In this document: piece after piece, positions 63,636 to 64,000 of the stretch
How positions within the stretch are numbered: the first letter of the stretch is position 1
Layout: each line of letters opens with the position of its first letter
Assembly: GCA_973895155.1 (NCBI GenBank)
Contig: OZ316897.1
Span: 11,803,832 to 11,867,831, forward strand
Origin: Marsupella aquatica
Lineage: Eukaryota > Plantae > Marchantiophyta
Direction: 5' to 3'
DNA: 64,000 nt
Notes under the pieces: model-generated
The model's input: the letters and a program-made list of their open reading frames with translations, nothing else
The model's database searches: none
Told to the model about the DNA's origin: nothing
Made by a program: the position numbers and the translations under genes

Positions 63636-64000
63636 TAATTATGTGATGATCCCCTCATACGTGCATCCTAAACCCTGCCACCCTAGCCAAGAATAGTTTG
63701 ACCCCCATCCCCTTACTATTTCATTCAATACTTAACTAATTCTGCCAAGTATAATTGTTTTTATAGAATGTACTGGTCTCATGGGAGTACGAAGGCGAGG
63801 GGCAAGTGCACTCTTCTTGGATTGCATGGCACATTATTGGGGCAAGACAATGAATACGAAGAAGACAATGGCTAGAGACTTACAAGTGTATTTGCAAGTA
63901 CCTTGAGGAGATCAAAAGGAGAGACACTACTTGCAAGTACAATGAAAGAGTATCAAGTGGAGTACCAAAAAATAATTCCTCCTCCAATTTTTTAGACGGT

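Overview
Eukaryotic, intron-rich nuclear DNA of a land plant. A seed-free or bryophyte-grade lineage is inferred from gene content and cannot be proven from the window. Three spliced genes were reconstructed exon by exon in continuous frame: a DEAD-box helicase of the RH1/DDX51/Dbp6 family (- strand, 9 exons, 887 aa), an anoctamin/TMEM16-like protein (+, 17 exons, 674 aa) and mitochondrial ATP synthase subunit d (+, 5 exons, 164 aa). Three genes have single-exon CDSs: a plastid-type CPYC glutaredoxin, a class-3 lipase, and an uncharacterised 308-aa protein. The 308-aa protein combines Gly/Ala-rich hydrophobic helices with a CxxC..DHxPP..LYPQCxxC module that resembles the HNH-like C-termini of bacterial Rhs/polymorphic toxins, and it is the most interesting gene in the window. 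A full-length but decayed Ty1/copia retrotransposon spans 54540-63136 (332-bp LTRs, GCCTC TSD, tRNA-iMet PBS, PPT). It has an unusually long 5' internal region and an RNase H deletion patched with templated filler DNA. The interval from about 44.8 to 52.5 kb, which the ORF track does not explain, appears to hold a badly decayed DUF4062-NACHT (NWD1/NWD2-like STAND) pseudogene. Intergenic DNA carries a TTAA-flanked MITE-like family, several minisatellite arrays and LTR/LINE remnants.
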